A stretch of 53,537 nucleotides of DNA from an uncultured Gemmatimonadaceae bacterium (GTDB taxonomy: Bacteria; Gemmatimonadota; Gemmatimonadetes; Gemmatimonadales; GWC2-71-9), in contig CAZXKD010000001.1 in the NCBI GenBank assembly GCA_964641215.1, positions 23,721 through 77,257 of the forward strand, written 5' to 3'. A program made the position numbers and the translations under genes. A model generated the notes under the pieces. It had not been told where the DNA came from. It made no database searches and saw only the letters and a list, made by a program, of their open reading frames with translations. Of the stretch, positions 17,472 through 26,064 are shown piece by piece (positions within the stretch are counted from its first letter, which is position 1; each line of letters begins with the position of its first letter).

Positions 17472-18091
17472 CGATGAGCACGATTTATCCGCCCTATATC
17501 ATCGAGCGCTCGAGCCGGGGCGAGCGCACCTACGACATCTTCAGCCGGCTGCTCCTGGACCGCATCGTGTTCCTCGGTGCGCCGATCAACGACGATGTCG
17601 CCAATATCATCATCGCCCAGCTGTTGTTTCTCGACGCCGACAACCCCGAGCGCGACATCTACCTGTACATCAATTCACCCGGGGGCATCATCTCGAGCGG
17701 CATGGCGATCTACGACACCATGCAGTTCCTGCGGGCGCCGGTGAACACGATCTGCATGGGCATGGCGGCCTCGATGGGCTCCTTCTTGCTCGCCGCGGGT
17801 CGGAAAGGAAAGCGCTCGGCGCTGCCGCACGCGCGCATCATGATGCACCAGCCCTCGGGCGGGGCGCAGGGGACGGCGGCGGACATCGAGATCCAAGCGC
17901 GCGAGATTTTGTACCTGCGTGGCAAGCTGAACGAATTGTATGCCAAGCACACCGGCAAGGGGTTAGACCTGATCGAGAAGGACATGGACCGCGACCGCTT
18001 CATGTCCGCCGACGAGGCGAAAGAATACGGCCTCATCGATAATGTGATCGCCCATCTCCAGGAGATGGACGGCGGCAAGAAGAAAGACTGA
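17468..18091 (+). CDS. clpP: ATP-dependent Clp protease proteolytic subunit
   Basis: [20 protein letters not shown], active-site [11 protein letters not shown], and MMHQPSGG. The GTG start overlaps the tig stop (GTGA); ATG at 17474 is an alternative start. Confidence 0.97.
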   Translation: MTMSTIYPPYIIERSSRGERTYDIFSRLLLDRIVFLGAPINDDVANIIIAQLLFLDADNPERDIYLYINSPGGIISSGMAIYDTMQFLRAPVNTICMGMAASMGSFLLAAGRKGKRSALPHARIMMHQPSGGAQGTAADIEIQAREILYLRGKLNELYAKHTGKGLDLIEKDMDRDRFMSADEAKEYGLIDNVIAHLQEMDGGKKKD

Positions 18092-18132
18092 TCCCTTGCG
18101 CCGGCTCAGGCGGTTTCCCATGTTAGGGCGCC

Positions 18133-19383
18133 ATGTCTCACGATAAGCACCTCCGCTGCTCGTTCTGCGGCAAGTCCAAGGATTCGGTCCGGAAATTCAT
18201 CTCCGGCCCGTCGGTGTACATCTGCAATGAGTGCATCGCGCTGTGCAACGAGATCCTGGCCGAAGACGAGGAGCGGGAAGTCGCCGAGGCGATCACCCAG
18301 GTCCCCACGCCCGCCGAGATCAAGGACGTTCTGGACCAGTACGTGATCGGCCAGGAGCGCTCCAAGAAGACTCTCGCCGTCGCCGTGTACAACCACTACA
18401 AGCGCATCAACTCCCACTCGGGGCGCGAGGTCGAGGTCGAGCTGGACAAGAGCAACATCCTGCTGATGGGCCCGACGGGCGTGGGCAAGACGCTCCTCGC
18501 CCAGACGCTGGCCCGCATCCTAGACGTGCCGTTCACCATCGCCGACGCCACCACGCTCACCGAGGCCGGGTACGTGGGCGAGGACGTGGAGAACATCCTG
18601 GTGCGGCTGCTGCAATCCGCGGACTTCAACGTCTCCGAGGCCGAGCGCGGCATCGTCTACATCGACGAAATCGACAAGATCGCCCGCAAGTCCGAGAACC
18701 CCAGCATCACGCGCGACGTCTCGGGTGAGGGCGTGCAACAGGCCCTCCTCAAGATCCTGGAGGGCACCGTGGCGAGCGTGCCACCTCAGGGCGGCCGCAA
18801 GCACCCGCAGCAGGAGTACATCCAGGTCAACACCAAGGACATCCTGTTCATCTGCGGCGGCGCGTTCGACGGGCTGGAGAAGATCATCGAGGCTCGCACC
18901 GGACGTCGACAGATCGGGTTCACCCGCGAGGAGGTCGAGCAAGGGGCGGTGGAGAAGGCCAAGCGGAACCCCTTCGCCGACGTCGAGCCCGACGACCTGC
19001 TGCGCTACGGGCTGATTCCCGAGCTGGTCGGCCGTCTCCCCGTCAGCGTGCCGCTCGACGCGCTCGACGAGGACGCGCTGATCCGCATCCTGGTCGAGCC
19101 CAAGAACGCGTTGGTCAAGCAATACCAGAAGCTGTTCGATCTCGAGGACGTGCGGCTCACCATCGAAAAGGAGGCGCTGCGCGCCATCGCTCAAAAGGCG
19201 ATCAAGCGCGGGACCGGCGCCCGAGGCCTGCGCGCCATCCTCGAGGAGATGATGACGGAGATCATGTTCGAGTTGCCGAGCCGTGACGACGTGCGCGAGG
19301 TCGCCGTCACCGCCGAGTGCGTCATTGAGGGCCGGCAGCCGCTGCTCGTCACCGAGCGGGCGCGACAGAAGAAAGAAGCCTGA
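18133..19383 (+). CDS. clpX: ATP-dependent Clp protease ATP-binding subunit ClpX
   Basis: Zinc finger CSFCGK...CNECI, Walker A GPTGVGKT, Walker [10 protein letters not shown]. Confidence 0.97.
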   Translation: MSHDKHLRCSFCGKSKDSVRKFISGPSVYICNECIALCNEILAEDEEREVAEAITQVPTPAEIKDVLDQYVIGQERSKKTLAVAVYNHYKRINSHSGREVEVELDKSNILLMGPTGVGKTLLAQTLARILDVPFTIADATTLTEAGYVGEDVENILVRLLQSADFNVSEAERGIVYIDEIDKIARKSENPSITRDVSGEGVQQALLKILEGTVASVPPQGGRKHPQQEYIQVNTKDILFICGGAFDGLEKIIEARTGRRQIGFTREEVEQGAVEKAKRNPFADVEPDDLLRYGLIPELVGRLPVSVPLDALDEDALIRILVEPKNALVKQYQKLFDLEDVRLTIEKEALRAIAQKAIKRGTGARGLRAILEEMMTEIMFELPSRDDVREVAVTAECVIEGRQPLLVTERARQKKEA

Positions 19384-20051
19384 CGGGCGCCCTCCACCCC
19401 CCCGTTCCCCGGTTCATCGGCTCTTTTCCCCGCGCCGATGCCACGCTCAACCCGCCACTTCCCGAAGTCGCGTTCCTCGGCCGCACCAATGTCGGCAAGT
19501 CGAGCCTGCTCAATGCCCTCGTGGGCGCCCGTATCGCGAAGGTTTCCGGCACGCCGGGAAAGACGAGGATGATGAACGTGTACCAGGTCGAGGTGCGCGG
19601 TGCGCCGTACGCGGGGCGCGAAGGCGCGGAAGGCTTTCCCCACGCACCCCTTACCACGGACGGCGCACTGTACTTTCTCGATCTTCCGGGGTATGGATAC
19701 TCGCGGGCGAGCAAGACCGACCGGACCACCTTCCGCCGGCTCGTCACGCATGCACTGCGCCGCGAACAGCTGGCGGGCGCCGTCTGGCTGCTCGATGTCC
19801 GCCGCGAGCCCTCGGCAGACGACCGGACGATGCAGGATCTGCTGGCCGCGATGGGCACGCGGGTCCTTGCGACCGTCACCAAGAGCGACAAGCTGCGTCG
19901 CGGAGCACGGGGGCACCGCGCGCAGGAGCTGCGGGAAACCCTGAGACTCGACGCGGACCAGATCCTCGTCACCAGCGCCAAGACGGGCGAGGGGATCGAG
20001 GAGCTGCGCGCGGCGATTGTCGCATTGATCGGGAAGGTGGACGATCTGTGA
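19380..20051 (+). CDS. engB: Ribosome-biogenesis GTPase EngB/YihA (start codon uncertain, probably CTG)
   Basis: The G1 motif GRTNVGKSS and the preceding FIGSFP... lie upstream of the first ATG/GTG in frame (19521). The frame is open from 19329. The only plausible initiator is CTG at 19380, overlapping the clpX TGA. G3 DLPGYG and G4 TKSDK are present. Confidence 0.8.
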   Translation: MTGALHPPVPRFIGSFPRADATLNPPLPEVAFLGRTNVGKSSLLNALVGARIAKVSGTPGKTRMMNVYQVEVRGAPYAGREGAEGFPHAPLTTDGALYFLDLPGYGYSRASKTDRTTFRRLVTHALRREQLAGAVWLLDVRREPSADDRTMQDLLAAMGTRVLATVTKSDKLRRGARGHRAQELRETLRLDADQILVTSAKTGEGIEELRAAIVALIGKVDDL

Positions 20052-20686
20052 GCGTCGGACGGTCGGACAGTCGGACGGTCAGACGGTGGCAACGGGGAGC
20101 GGCGATCCTCGGGTGTATGCTGTCCCTCAGTCCGACGGTGCCACTGTCCGCCCAGGGCGATACGCTCCCCATCGGCTACGGCACCCTCAAGCGTGACGAC
20201 ATCGTCGTCCGGTTCGCGACCGGCCAGATCGAGATTCAGATCCTGCCGCTCGACGAGCAGGTCATCCGGCTGCTCGCCTCCGACACCTACCGCTCCCTGA
20301 GCGACCTGATCAAGAGCAAACAGACGGATATCGACGACCAGGCCCAGCGGGCGGGTGTCCGGCACCCCACCCTGGTCCTCGTCACGTTCTTCGGCGACGT
20401 GCCGCAAGCGCGCTTCGTCCCCGAGGATGTCAACCTCACCAGCCGCGGCCGGCTGTTCCGTCCGGTAGGGATCGTGCCGCTGTCGCCGGTGTGGGGCTCG
20501 CAGCAGCTCGAGGCCCACCAGCAAGCGGTGGCGATCTACGTGTTCGAGGAGGGGATCAGCTTCCGTGAACAACTCACGATGAGCTACGAAGGGTTGTCGA
20601 GCGACTCCTGGAGCCGCGCCGCCCGCGTGCTCGACCAGGAGCGGGCGCGGGTGTTGGCGCGGGCGCAGGCGAAGCAGAACCCGTAG
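20048..20686 (+). CDS. Hypothetical exported protein
   Basis: This is the last 212 codons of ORF 19283..20686. The GTG at 20048 overlaps the engB stop (GTGA); ATG at 20117 is an alternative. Signal-like RRWQRGAAILGCMLSLSPTVPLSAQ. The stop overlaps the kinase start by 1 nt. Confidence 0.55.
   Translation: MSVGRSDSRTVRRWQRGAAILGCMLSLSPTVPLSAQGDTLPIGYGTLKRDDIVVRFATGQIEIQILPLDEQVIRLLASDTYRSLSDLIKSKQTDIDDQAQRAGVRHPTLVLVTFFGDVPQARFVPEDVNLTSRGRLFRPVGIVPLSPVWGSQQLEAHQQAVAIYVFEEGISFREQLTMSYEGLSSDSWSRAARVLDQERARVLARAQAKQNP
20053..20084. repeat. Tandem octamer repeat (NGTCRGAC x4)
   Basis: cgtcggac ggtcggac agtcggac ggtcagac read directly, with a degenerate fifth unit ggtggcaa. The complementary gtccgacgg occurs at ~20130. 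Confidence 0.8.
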
Positions 20687-22896
20687 TGCCGGCCCCTTCT
20701 CATCCCATCCTCCTCGCCCTGAGCGGCGCGGCCCTCCTCGGCCTCGGCTGGGCATTTTGGTACCTGCTGGCGCGGCTCGACCGGAGCGAGCGGGAACGAC
20801 GTCACGCCACCGACGAGCTCAACCGTCGGCTCTCGGAGCTGTTCTCCCTCCAGGAGCTCTCCTACGTCCTGTCGGACTCGCTCCAGCTCGAGCGCACCGT
20901 GGATCAGGTCGTGCGGTATGCCCTGCGCTTCTTCGACGCCCGCGGCGCCCTGGTCGTGCTCGCCGGCGAAGGGGACACGGACCCGTTGCGGGTCGCGGCC
21001 GCCGATGGGGCGCTGGCCCACCTCAAGGGCACTACGATTCCGCGTGACGACGCCGGTCTCGTCGCGCGCTCGGTGGGCAAGGACCGCATCGAGCAGGTCC
21101 GCAATTCGCCCACCCCGGGGCAAGAAGGGGGAGGGGGGGGAGAGTCCGCGCGGACGCAGCTCGTGGGCCAGACGATGGCCGACGCCGCCGCGGCCGTCCC
21201 GCTGCGAGCCCACGGCGTGGTCGTGGGCTCGCTGGTCGTAGCCGAGCCGCGCGGCGGGGTCTTCCACGCCGACGACATCCGCCTGCTGTCGACCATCGCG
21301 ACGCACGCCGCCATCGTGCTCGCGAACGCCCGGTTCTTCGAGATGGTCCGGCGCGCCAAAGAGCAGTGGGAGACCGCGTTCGACGCGCTGAGCGAGGGCA
21401 TGGCCGTGGTGGACGAGGCAGGACGTGTGCGCCGCGCCAACCGCTCGCTCGCCACGATGCTGGGCCGTCCCATCGCCGACGTGATCGGCGAGCCCCTGTC
21501 CCGGGCGCTGCTGGGCGGGGAGCAGGCGCACATTCTCCTGGAGCTGCTCGAAGCGACACGCCGGGGCGAGCGCCCCGCGCCGCTCGTCGCCCGCTCTACG
21601 CCGCTGGGTCGCACGATGCGCGTCGCCGCCGCGCGCATGCCCACCCCTACCGCCGAGCAGAGCCTCGTGGTCCTGGTGGAGGACGTCACCGATCAGCAGA
21701 CGATGGAATCCCAGCTCATCCAGAGCGAGAAGCTCGCGGCCGTCGGCCAGCTGGTGTCGGGCGTCGCGCACGAGCTGAATAACCCGCTCACCTCCATCGC
21801 CGGACTCGCGGAGTTCCTGCTGGAGCAGCGCGAACTCGGCCCCAAAGACCGCGGCCATCTCCGGGTCATCCACGAGCAGGCCGACCGCGCTGGCCGCATC
21901 GTGCGCGACCTGCTCACCTTCGCGCGCAAGAGCACGACCGAGCGGGTCCGCGTGGACCTGAACGACGTGGTGCAGCGCACCCTGACGCTCCTGACCTACG
22001 ACCTCCGACTCGAAGACGTCGAGACGCGGAAAGATCTGGCCCCCACGCTCCCCGAGATCATCGGCGACCGCCACGCCCTGCAACAGGTGGTGCTGAACCT
22101 GCTCACCAACGCGGGGCATGCCGTGGCCGGCAACCCGGCCGGCCAGCCCCGCCTCATCAGCGTGCGAACGTGGTTCGACGGTCAGGTTCACCTCCGCGTG
22201 ACCGACAACGGGCCGGGAATTCCCGAATCCGTTGTCTCACAACTCTTTACTCCGTTCTTTACCACCAAGGAGCCCGGCCAGGGTACCGGCCTGGGGCTCT
22301 CCATCAGCTATTCCATTATCCAGGCCCACGGCGGGCACATCGTGCTGGAGCGCCCAGCGGAGGGCGGAGCCGCCTTTCGCCTGGATCTCCCACCCGCCCC
22401 GGCCGCACCGCTGGCTCCCGCCGCTGAGCCGCCGGCTCGGCGGACCCAGCGCCCCGAGCGCGCGCCCCCACCCCCCGTCCCCGCTTCCCCCCCGCCTGCA
22501 CCGGAGGTCCCCGTCAGCCGGCGCCGCATCCTGCTGGTGGACGATGATCCTGCGGTGCGCCGCGTCGTCCGGGCCTTGTTCGGTCGCGAGGGACACAGCG
22601 TCGAGGTAGCCCGCAACGCACAGCAGGCGCTGGAACTGGCGGCCAGCAATGCCTACGACCTCATCATTGCCGACGGGCGCGCCACGGCCAGGGGCGGGAG
22701 GAAGCTGTTCGTGGAGGAACTGGTGGCCCGGAAGGCGGGCCTCAAGGACCGCATCCTCGTCGCCACTGGGGATGTGCGACCGGCGACGGAGGAGGCGCTG
22801 GCGCGGCTCGGCCTGCGCTACGTGCGCAAGCCCTTCAACCTCCGGGATCTCCGGGACGAAGCCGCACGGGTTTGGGCCGCTACCACGCTGTCGTAG
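20686..22896 (+). CDS. Hybrid sensor histidine kinase (TM-GAF-PAS-HisKA-HATPase-REC)
   Basis: One N-terminal TM segment. GAF-like and PAS-like regions. H-box [16 protein letters not shown] boxes [25 protein letters not shown] Pro-rich linker is followed by a receiver-like domain ([11 protein letters not shown]...DLIIAD...RKPF). Confidence 0.9.
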   Translation: MPAPSHPILLALSGAALLGLGWAFWYLLARLDRSERERRHATDELNRRLSELFSLQELSYVLSDSLQLERTVDQVVRYALRFFDARGALVVLAGEGDTDPLRVAAADGALAHLKGTTIPRDDAGLVARSVGKDRIEQVRNSPTPGQEGGGGGESARTQLVGQTMADAAAAVPLRAHGVVVGSLVVAEPRGGVFHADDIRLLSTIATHAAIVLANARFFEMVRRAKEQWETAFDALSEGMAVVDEAGRVRRANRSLATMLGRPIADVIGEPLSRALLGGEQAHILLELLEATRRGERPAPLVARSTPLGRTMRVAAARMPTPTAEQSLVVLVEDVTDQQTMESQLIQSEKLAAVGQLVSGVAHELNNPLTSIAGLAEFLLEQRELGPKDRGHLRVIHEQADRAGRIVRDLLTFARKSTTERVRVDLNDVVQRTLTLLTYDLRLEDVETRKDLAPTLPEIIGDRHALQQVVLNLLTNAGHAVAGNPAGQPRLISVRTWFDGQVHLRVTDNGPGIPESVVSQLFTPFFTTKEPGQGTGLGLSISYSIIQAHGGHIVLERPAEGGAAFRLDLPPAPAAPLAPAAEPPARRTQRPERAPPPPVPASPPPAPEVPVSRRRILLVDDDPAVRRVVRALFGREGHSVEVARNAQQALELAASNAYDLIIADGRATARGGRKLFVEELVARKAGLKDRILVATGDVRPATEEALARLGLRYVRKPFNLRDLRDEAARVWAATTLS

Positions 22897-23207
22897 GCCT
22901 CCGCGGGCCAGCCATAGAGCGACAAGTTCACGGCGCCCCCGGGCGCGAACTTCACGCCTTCCCGCAGCAGCAGCGCGCGTTGCAGGACCGCGCTATGGTC
23001 GAGCGCCGAGAGGGAGATGCGGCCCGCGACGTTGATCACCCGCCACCAGGGGACGTCGGTTTCCTCGGGGAGGGCTGAAAGCGCCCAGCCCACCGTGCGC
23101 GCGGCGCCCGGCCGGCCCGCCAGCCGCGCCACGATGCCATAGGTCGCTACCCGCCCCCTGGGGATGTGTTTGACGACCCGATAGATCCGGTGATAGAACG
23201 GGTTCAC
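22818..23207 (-). CDS. Alkyltransferase-like (ATL) DNA-lesion-binding protein, MGMT family without the Cys acceptor
   Basis: IPRGRVATYGIVARLAGRPGAARTVGWAL and VPWWRVIN, where MGMT has PCHRV (Cys replaced by Trp, as in ATL proteins). The GTG at 23207 is chosen because ATG at 23294 would overlap the Nudix gene. The 3' end overlaps the kinase gene convergently. Confidence 0.78.
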   Translation of the reverse strand: MNPFYHRIYRVVKHIPRGRVATYGIVARLAGRPGAARTVGWALSALPEETDVPWWRVINVAGRISLSALDHSAVLQRALLLREGVKFAPGGAVNLSLYGWPAEAYDSVVAAQTRAASSRRSRRLKGLRT

Positions 23208-23250
23208 GGCGCTCCCGGCTGTAGCTGGGTCACCACCCTCAACCGTCGAG

Positions 23251-23739
23251 CTAGGATATCCGCAGGACGTCTTCCAGCAAGCCCGCGTCCCCACCCCCCA
23301 CTATTGACAAAACGTCTTCCAGTGCTCTGCGCTCCCGGGGCCAGGAGACCCGTTTGGCGGCCTCCGCGGGCGGCAGCCACTCCGCCCGGTCGTGCTCGGC
23401 AGAGAGCCGTGGCTCGGCACGCGCGGGGACGAATGCCGCGAACACCGGGATCACGGCGAGCACGTCGGACTGGTGTTGGTAGAACGCTTCGGTGCGGCTC
23501 AGATTGTAGAGTCGTTCGGGCACGTAGCCCGTCTCCTCGCGCAGCTCGCGCAACGACGCTTCGACCGGTGTTTCACCGGGCTCGATGGTTCCGTGCACGG
23601 TCTCCCACGTACCCGGAGAGCGCGCGCTGCCGGACGCCCGTCGCAGCACGAGGATCTCGAGTCCCGCCCCTCCCCCTTCCCCGAGGGCACGGCGCCGCAG
23701 CGCAAACGTGTCGACGAAGCAGACGCGGATCTCGGTCAC
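23251..23739 (-). CDS. NUDIX hydrolase
   Basis: Nudix box GTWETVHGTIEPGETPVEASLRELREETGY (G-x5-E-x7-REUxEExGU). Confidence 0.88.
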   Translation of the reverse strand: MTEIRVCFVDTFALRRRALGEGGGAGLEILVLRRASGSARSPGTWETVHGTIEPGETPVEASLRELREETGYVPERLYNLSRTEAFYQHQSDVLAVIPVFAAFVPARAEPRLSAEHDRAEWLPPAEAAKRVSWPRERRALEDVLSIVGGGDAGLLEDVLRIS

Positions 23740-23760
23740 GGTCGCCGCGCTGGGCGACGG

Positions 23761-26010
23761 TCAATGCGCTCGGCGGCGCCCGAGCACGGCCTCGAGCCGG
23801 GCCGAGAGCGCCCGCGCGCGGAAGGGCTTCGACAAGAAGTCGTCGGCGCCCAGCTCGAAGACGCGGACCTCGTTGTCCTCGTCGCCTTTGGCGGTGAGGA
23901 CGATCACGGGAATGGTCGCCGTCGCCGGTCGCGACCGCAGGTGCGACAACACCCCATAGCCGTCGAGGCCGGGGAGGTTGAGGTCCAGCACGATGATGTC
24001 CGGCCCGACGCGGTCCACTTGGTCGAGTGCCTGCACGCCGTCCCGCGCCTCGGTCACAAGGTAGCCATCACGCTCGAGCAGCTCCTTCATGACCTTGCGG
24101 AGACTGTCCTCGTCGTCCACCAGCAAGACTTTGCGCGCCGGCTCGCCGTGCGCGCCGCTGATCCGCGGCGCCGCCGGCTCCTCCAGCAGGTCGAAGTGCG
24201 CCGCGACGGCCTCGGCAGGCGCGGATCCGACAGGCCCGGCGCCCGGCACCGCCCGGCCGTGGCCGACCGGCCGGCCGGGGTGCGGTGACGGTGGCGGTTC
24301 GACCACCCGCTCTTCCTCCGCCGGGATGTCCACCACCCGCAGCAGCTCGTCGATCGTGGACTCGCCGCGCAGGACATGGGCAAGACCGCTCTCCCACAGG
24401 AACTTCATCCCGGCGCGACGCCCCGCGGCGGCGATCTTGTCCGCCGTCTCCCCGGCGGCGATCCGTCGCTCGAGCTCGGGGCTCATCGTCATGACCTCGA
24501 GGATCGAGAAACGGCCGCGATAGCCGGTCATGGCGCAGTCCGGGCACCCGGCCGCGCGGTACAGCGGTGTGCCCGTCGGGAGCCATTTCTTGAGGCGCTC
24601 GGGTGGGGCCTCCATCCAGACTTCCTTGCAGGTGGGGCACAGCTTGCGCATCAGCCGCTGCGCCACGACCCCCCGCAGCGCGGCCGCGATCTTGTAGGCC
24701 TCGACCCCGATGTCCACCAGGCGGGTCACCGCGTTGGCGGCGTCGTTGGTATGGAGCGTCGAGAGCACGAGGTGACCGGTGAGCGACGCCTGGACCGCGA
24801 TCTGCGCCGTTTCCCGGTCGCGGATCTCCCCTACCAGCACGACGTTGGGGTCCTGCCGCAGAATCGACCGCAGCGCCGCGGCAAAGGTGAGACCGGCCTT
24901 CTCCTGAACCTGCACCTGTACGATCCCCGGCATCCGGTATTCGACCGGGTCCTCAACCGTGACGATGTTCACCCCTTCGCCCTTGATCAAGTTGATCATG
25001 GAATACAGGGTGGTCGACTTGCCCGATCCCGTGGGCCCAGTGACGAGGATGACGCCCTCGTGGTTCTCGAGCAACCGTTGAATGGCCTGGCCCTCGCCCG
25101 GGTTCAGACCGAGGGAGTCGAGGGACTTGACGGTGGCGCGTGAGTCGAGGATCCGGATGACGACTTTCTCGCCCAAGGCCGCCGGCAGGGTCGAGACGCG
25201 CAGATCGATCGGCTGGCTGTTCACCGCCACGCGGGCGCGCCCGTCCTGCGGCCGCAGCCGGTCGGCGATGTCCAGCGCCGACATGATCTTGATCCGCGAG
25301 ATCAGGGGCACGCCGGCGGCTCGCGGAATCTTCATCACCTGCCGCAGCACGCCGTCGATCCGGTACCGCACCGCGACCCCACCCTCTTCCGGCTCGATAT
25401 GGATGTCGCTTGCCCGTGAGAGGATCCCTTCGGAGATGATCAGGTCGACCAGCTTGACGACCGGTCGCTGGCTGGCCTCGGCTTCCGTCGCCGTGATGTT
25501 GATGTCTTCCGGCGGCGCCTCCTCGGCCAAGGTGACGAGGTCGGCGTCGCCCATGCCCTCGAGCAGCCGGTCGAGCGCCTTCTCAGGGCGATACAGCTCG
25601 TCTAGCTTCGCCGCGATCTGGGAGGGCGCCGCGAGCAGCAACCGGATCTCCCGCGTCATCGCGAAGGCAATCGCCTTCTCGGCGTCGAGGTCGAACGGGT
25701 TGGACGTGGCGATCTCGAGGAACGAATCCGTCATCCGGACGGGGACCATGCGAAACCGGCGGGCCAGCTGCTCGGGGACGCGGTCCCGGATGGCGGGTTC
25801 CACCTGCGCCAATGTGGCGATCTTCATGCGGTAGCGGGCGGACAGCTTCTCGAGGATCTTCTCGTCCGTCAGCACCCTTTCCGAGACGAGCGTTTCCCAT
25901 AGAGAGCGGCCCGCATCGGCGCGGCTCCGCAGCCCGGCTAGCTGCTCGGGCGTGAGCAGCCCCTCCAGGGACTGGAGCAACCACTCGTCGGGAAAGGTGG
26001 TCTCAGCCAT
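23761..26010 (-). CDS. GspE/PilB-family secretion ATPase fused to a C-terminal response-regulator receiver domain
   Basis: GspE-N-like N-terminal domain. Walker A GPTGSGKSTT. Tetracysteine CPTC...CPDC. After a Pro/Gly linker there is a full REC domain: KVLLVDDEDS, IIVLDLNLPGLDG, VLTAKGD, LSKPF. Confidence 0.9.
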   Translation of the reverse strand: MAETTFPDEWLLQSLEGLLTPEQLAGLRSRADAGRSLWETLVSERVLTDEKILEKLSARYRMKIATLAQVEPAIRDRVPEQLARRFRMVPVRMTDSFLEIATSNPFDLDAEKAIAFAMTREIRLLLAAPSQIAAKLDELYRPEKALDRLLEGMGDADLVTLAEEAPPEDINITATEAEASQRPVVKLVDLIISEGILSRASDIHIEPEEGGVAVRYRIDGVLRQVMKIPRAAGVPLISRIKIMSALDIADRLRPQDGRARVAVNSQPIDLRVSTLPAALGEKVVIRILDSRATVKSLDSLGLNPGEGQAIQRLLENHEGVILVTGPTGSGKSTTLYSMINLIKGEGVNIVTVEDPVEYRMPGIVQVQVQEKAGLTFAAALRSILRQDPNVVLVGEIRDRETAQIAVQASLTGHLVLSTLHTNDAANAVTRLVDIGVEAYKIAAALRGVVAQRLMRKLCPTCKEVWMEAPPERLKKWLPTGTPLYRAAGCPDCAMTGYRGRFSILEVMTMSPELERRIAAGETADKIAAAGRRAGMKFLWESGLAHVLRGESTIDELLRVVDIPAEEERVVEPPPSPHPGRPVGHGRAVPGAGPVGSAPAEAVAAHFDLLEEPAAPRISGAHGEPARKVLLVDDEDSLRKVMKELLERDGYLVTEARDGVQALDQVDRVGPDIIVLDLNLPGLDGYGVLSHLRSRPATATIPVIVLTAKGDEDNEVRVFELGADDFLSKPFRARALSARLEAVLGRRRAH

Positions 26011-26064
26011 ACGCGCGTTCTCGAAACCTAGCCGGGCGACGGTCCGCGTCTAGTCCGCGCGCGC

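Noticed and set aside
19379-19391. Shared 13-mer CCTGACGGGCGCC at both putative CTG starts, read as a dedicated initiation signal.
   Set aside because: Exact 13-mers are expected to recur several times by chance in 53 kb of strongly biased sequence. I mention it under the sigma finding but do not claim it as an element.
20053-20084. Heptamer/octamer tandem repeats (20053-20084, 35233-35260, 46488-46574) as CRISPR-like arrays.
   Set aside because: The units are 7-8 nt with no spacers, and no cas genes are present. They are simple tandem or inverted repeats.
19283-20686. 467-aa plus-strand ORF spanning the clpX end, engB and the hypothetical gene.
   Set aside because: Its first ~255 codons are an Arg/Pro/Gly-rich alternative frame of engB. 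Only the part after the GTGA junction at 20048 looks like a protein. Antisense ORFs 19349..20755 and 20584..22191 were rejected for the same compositional reason.
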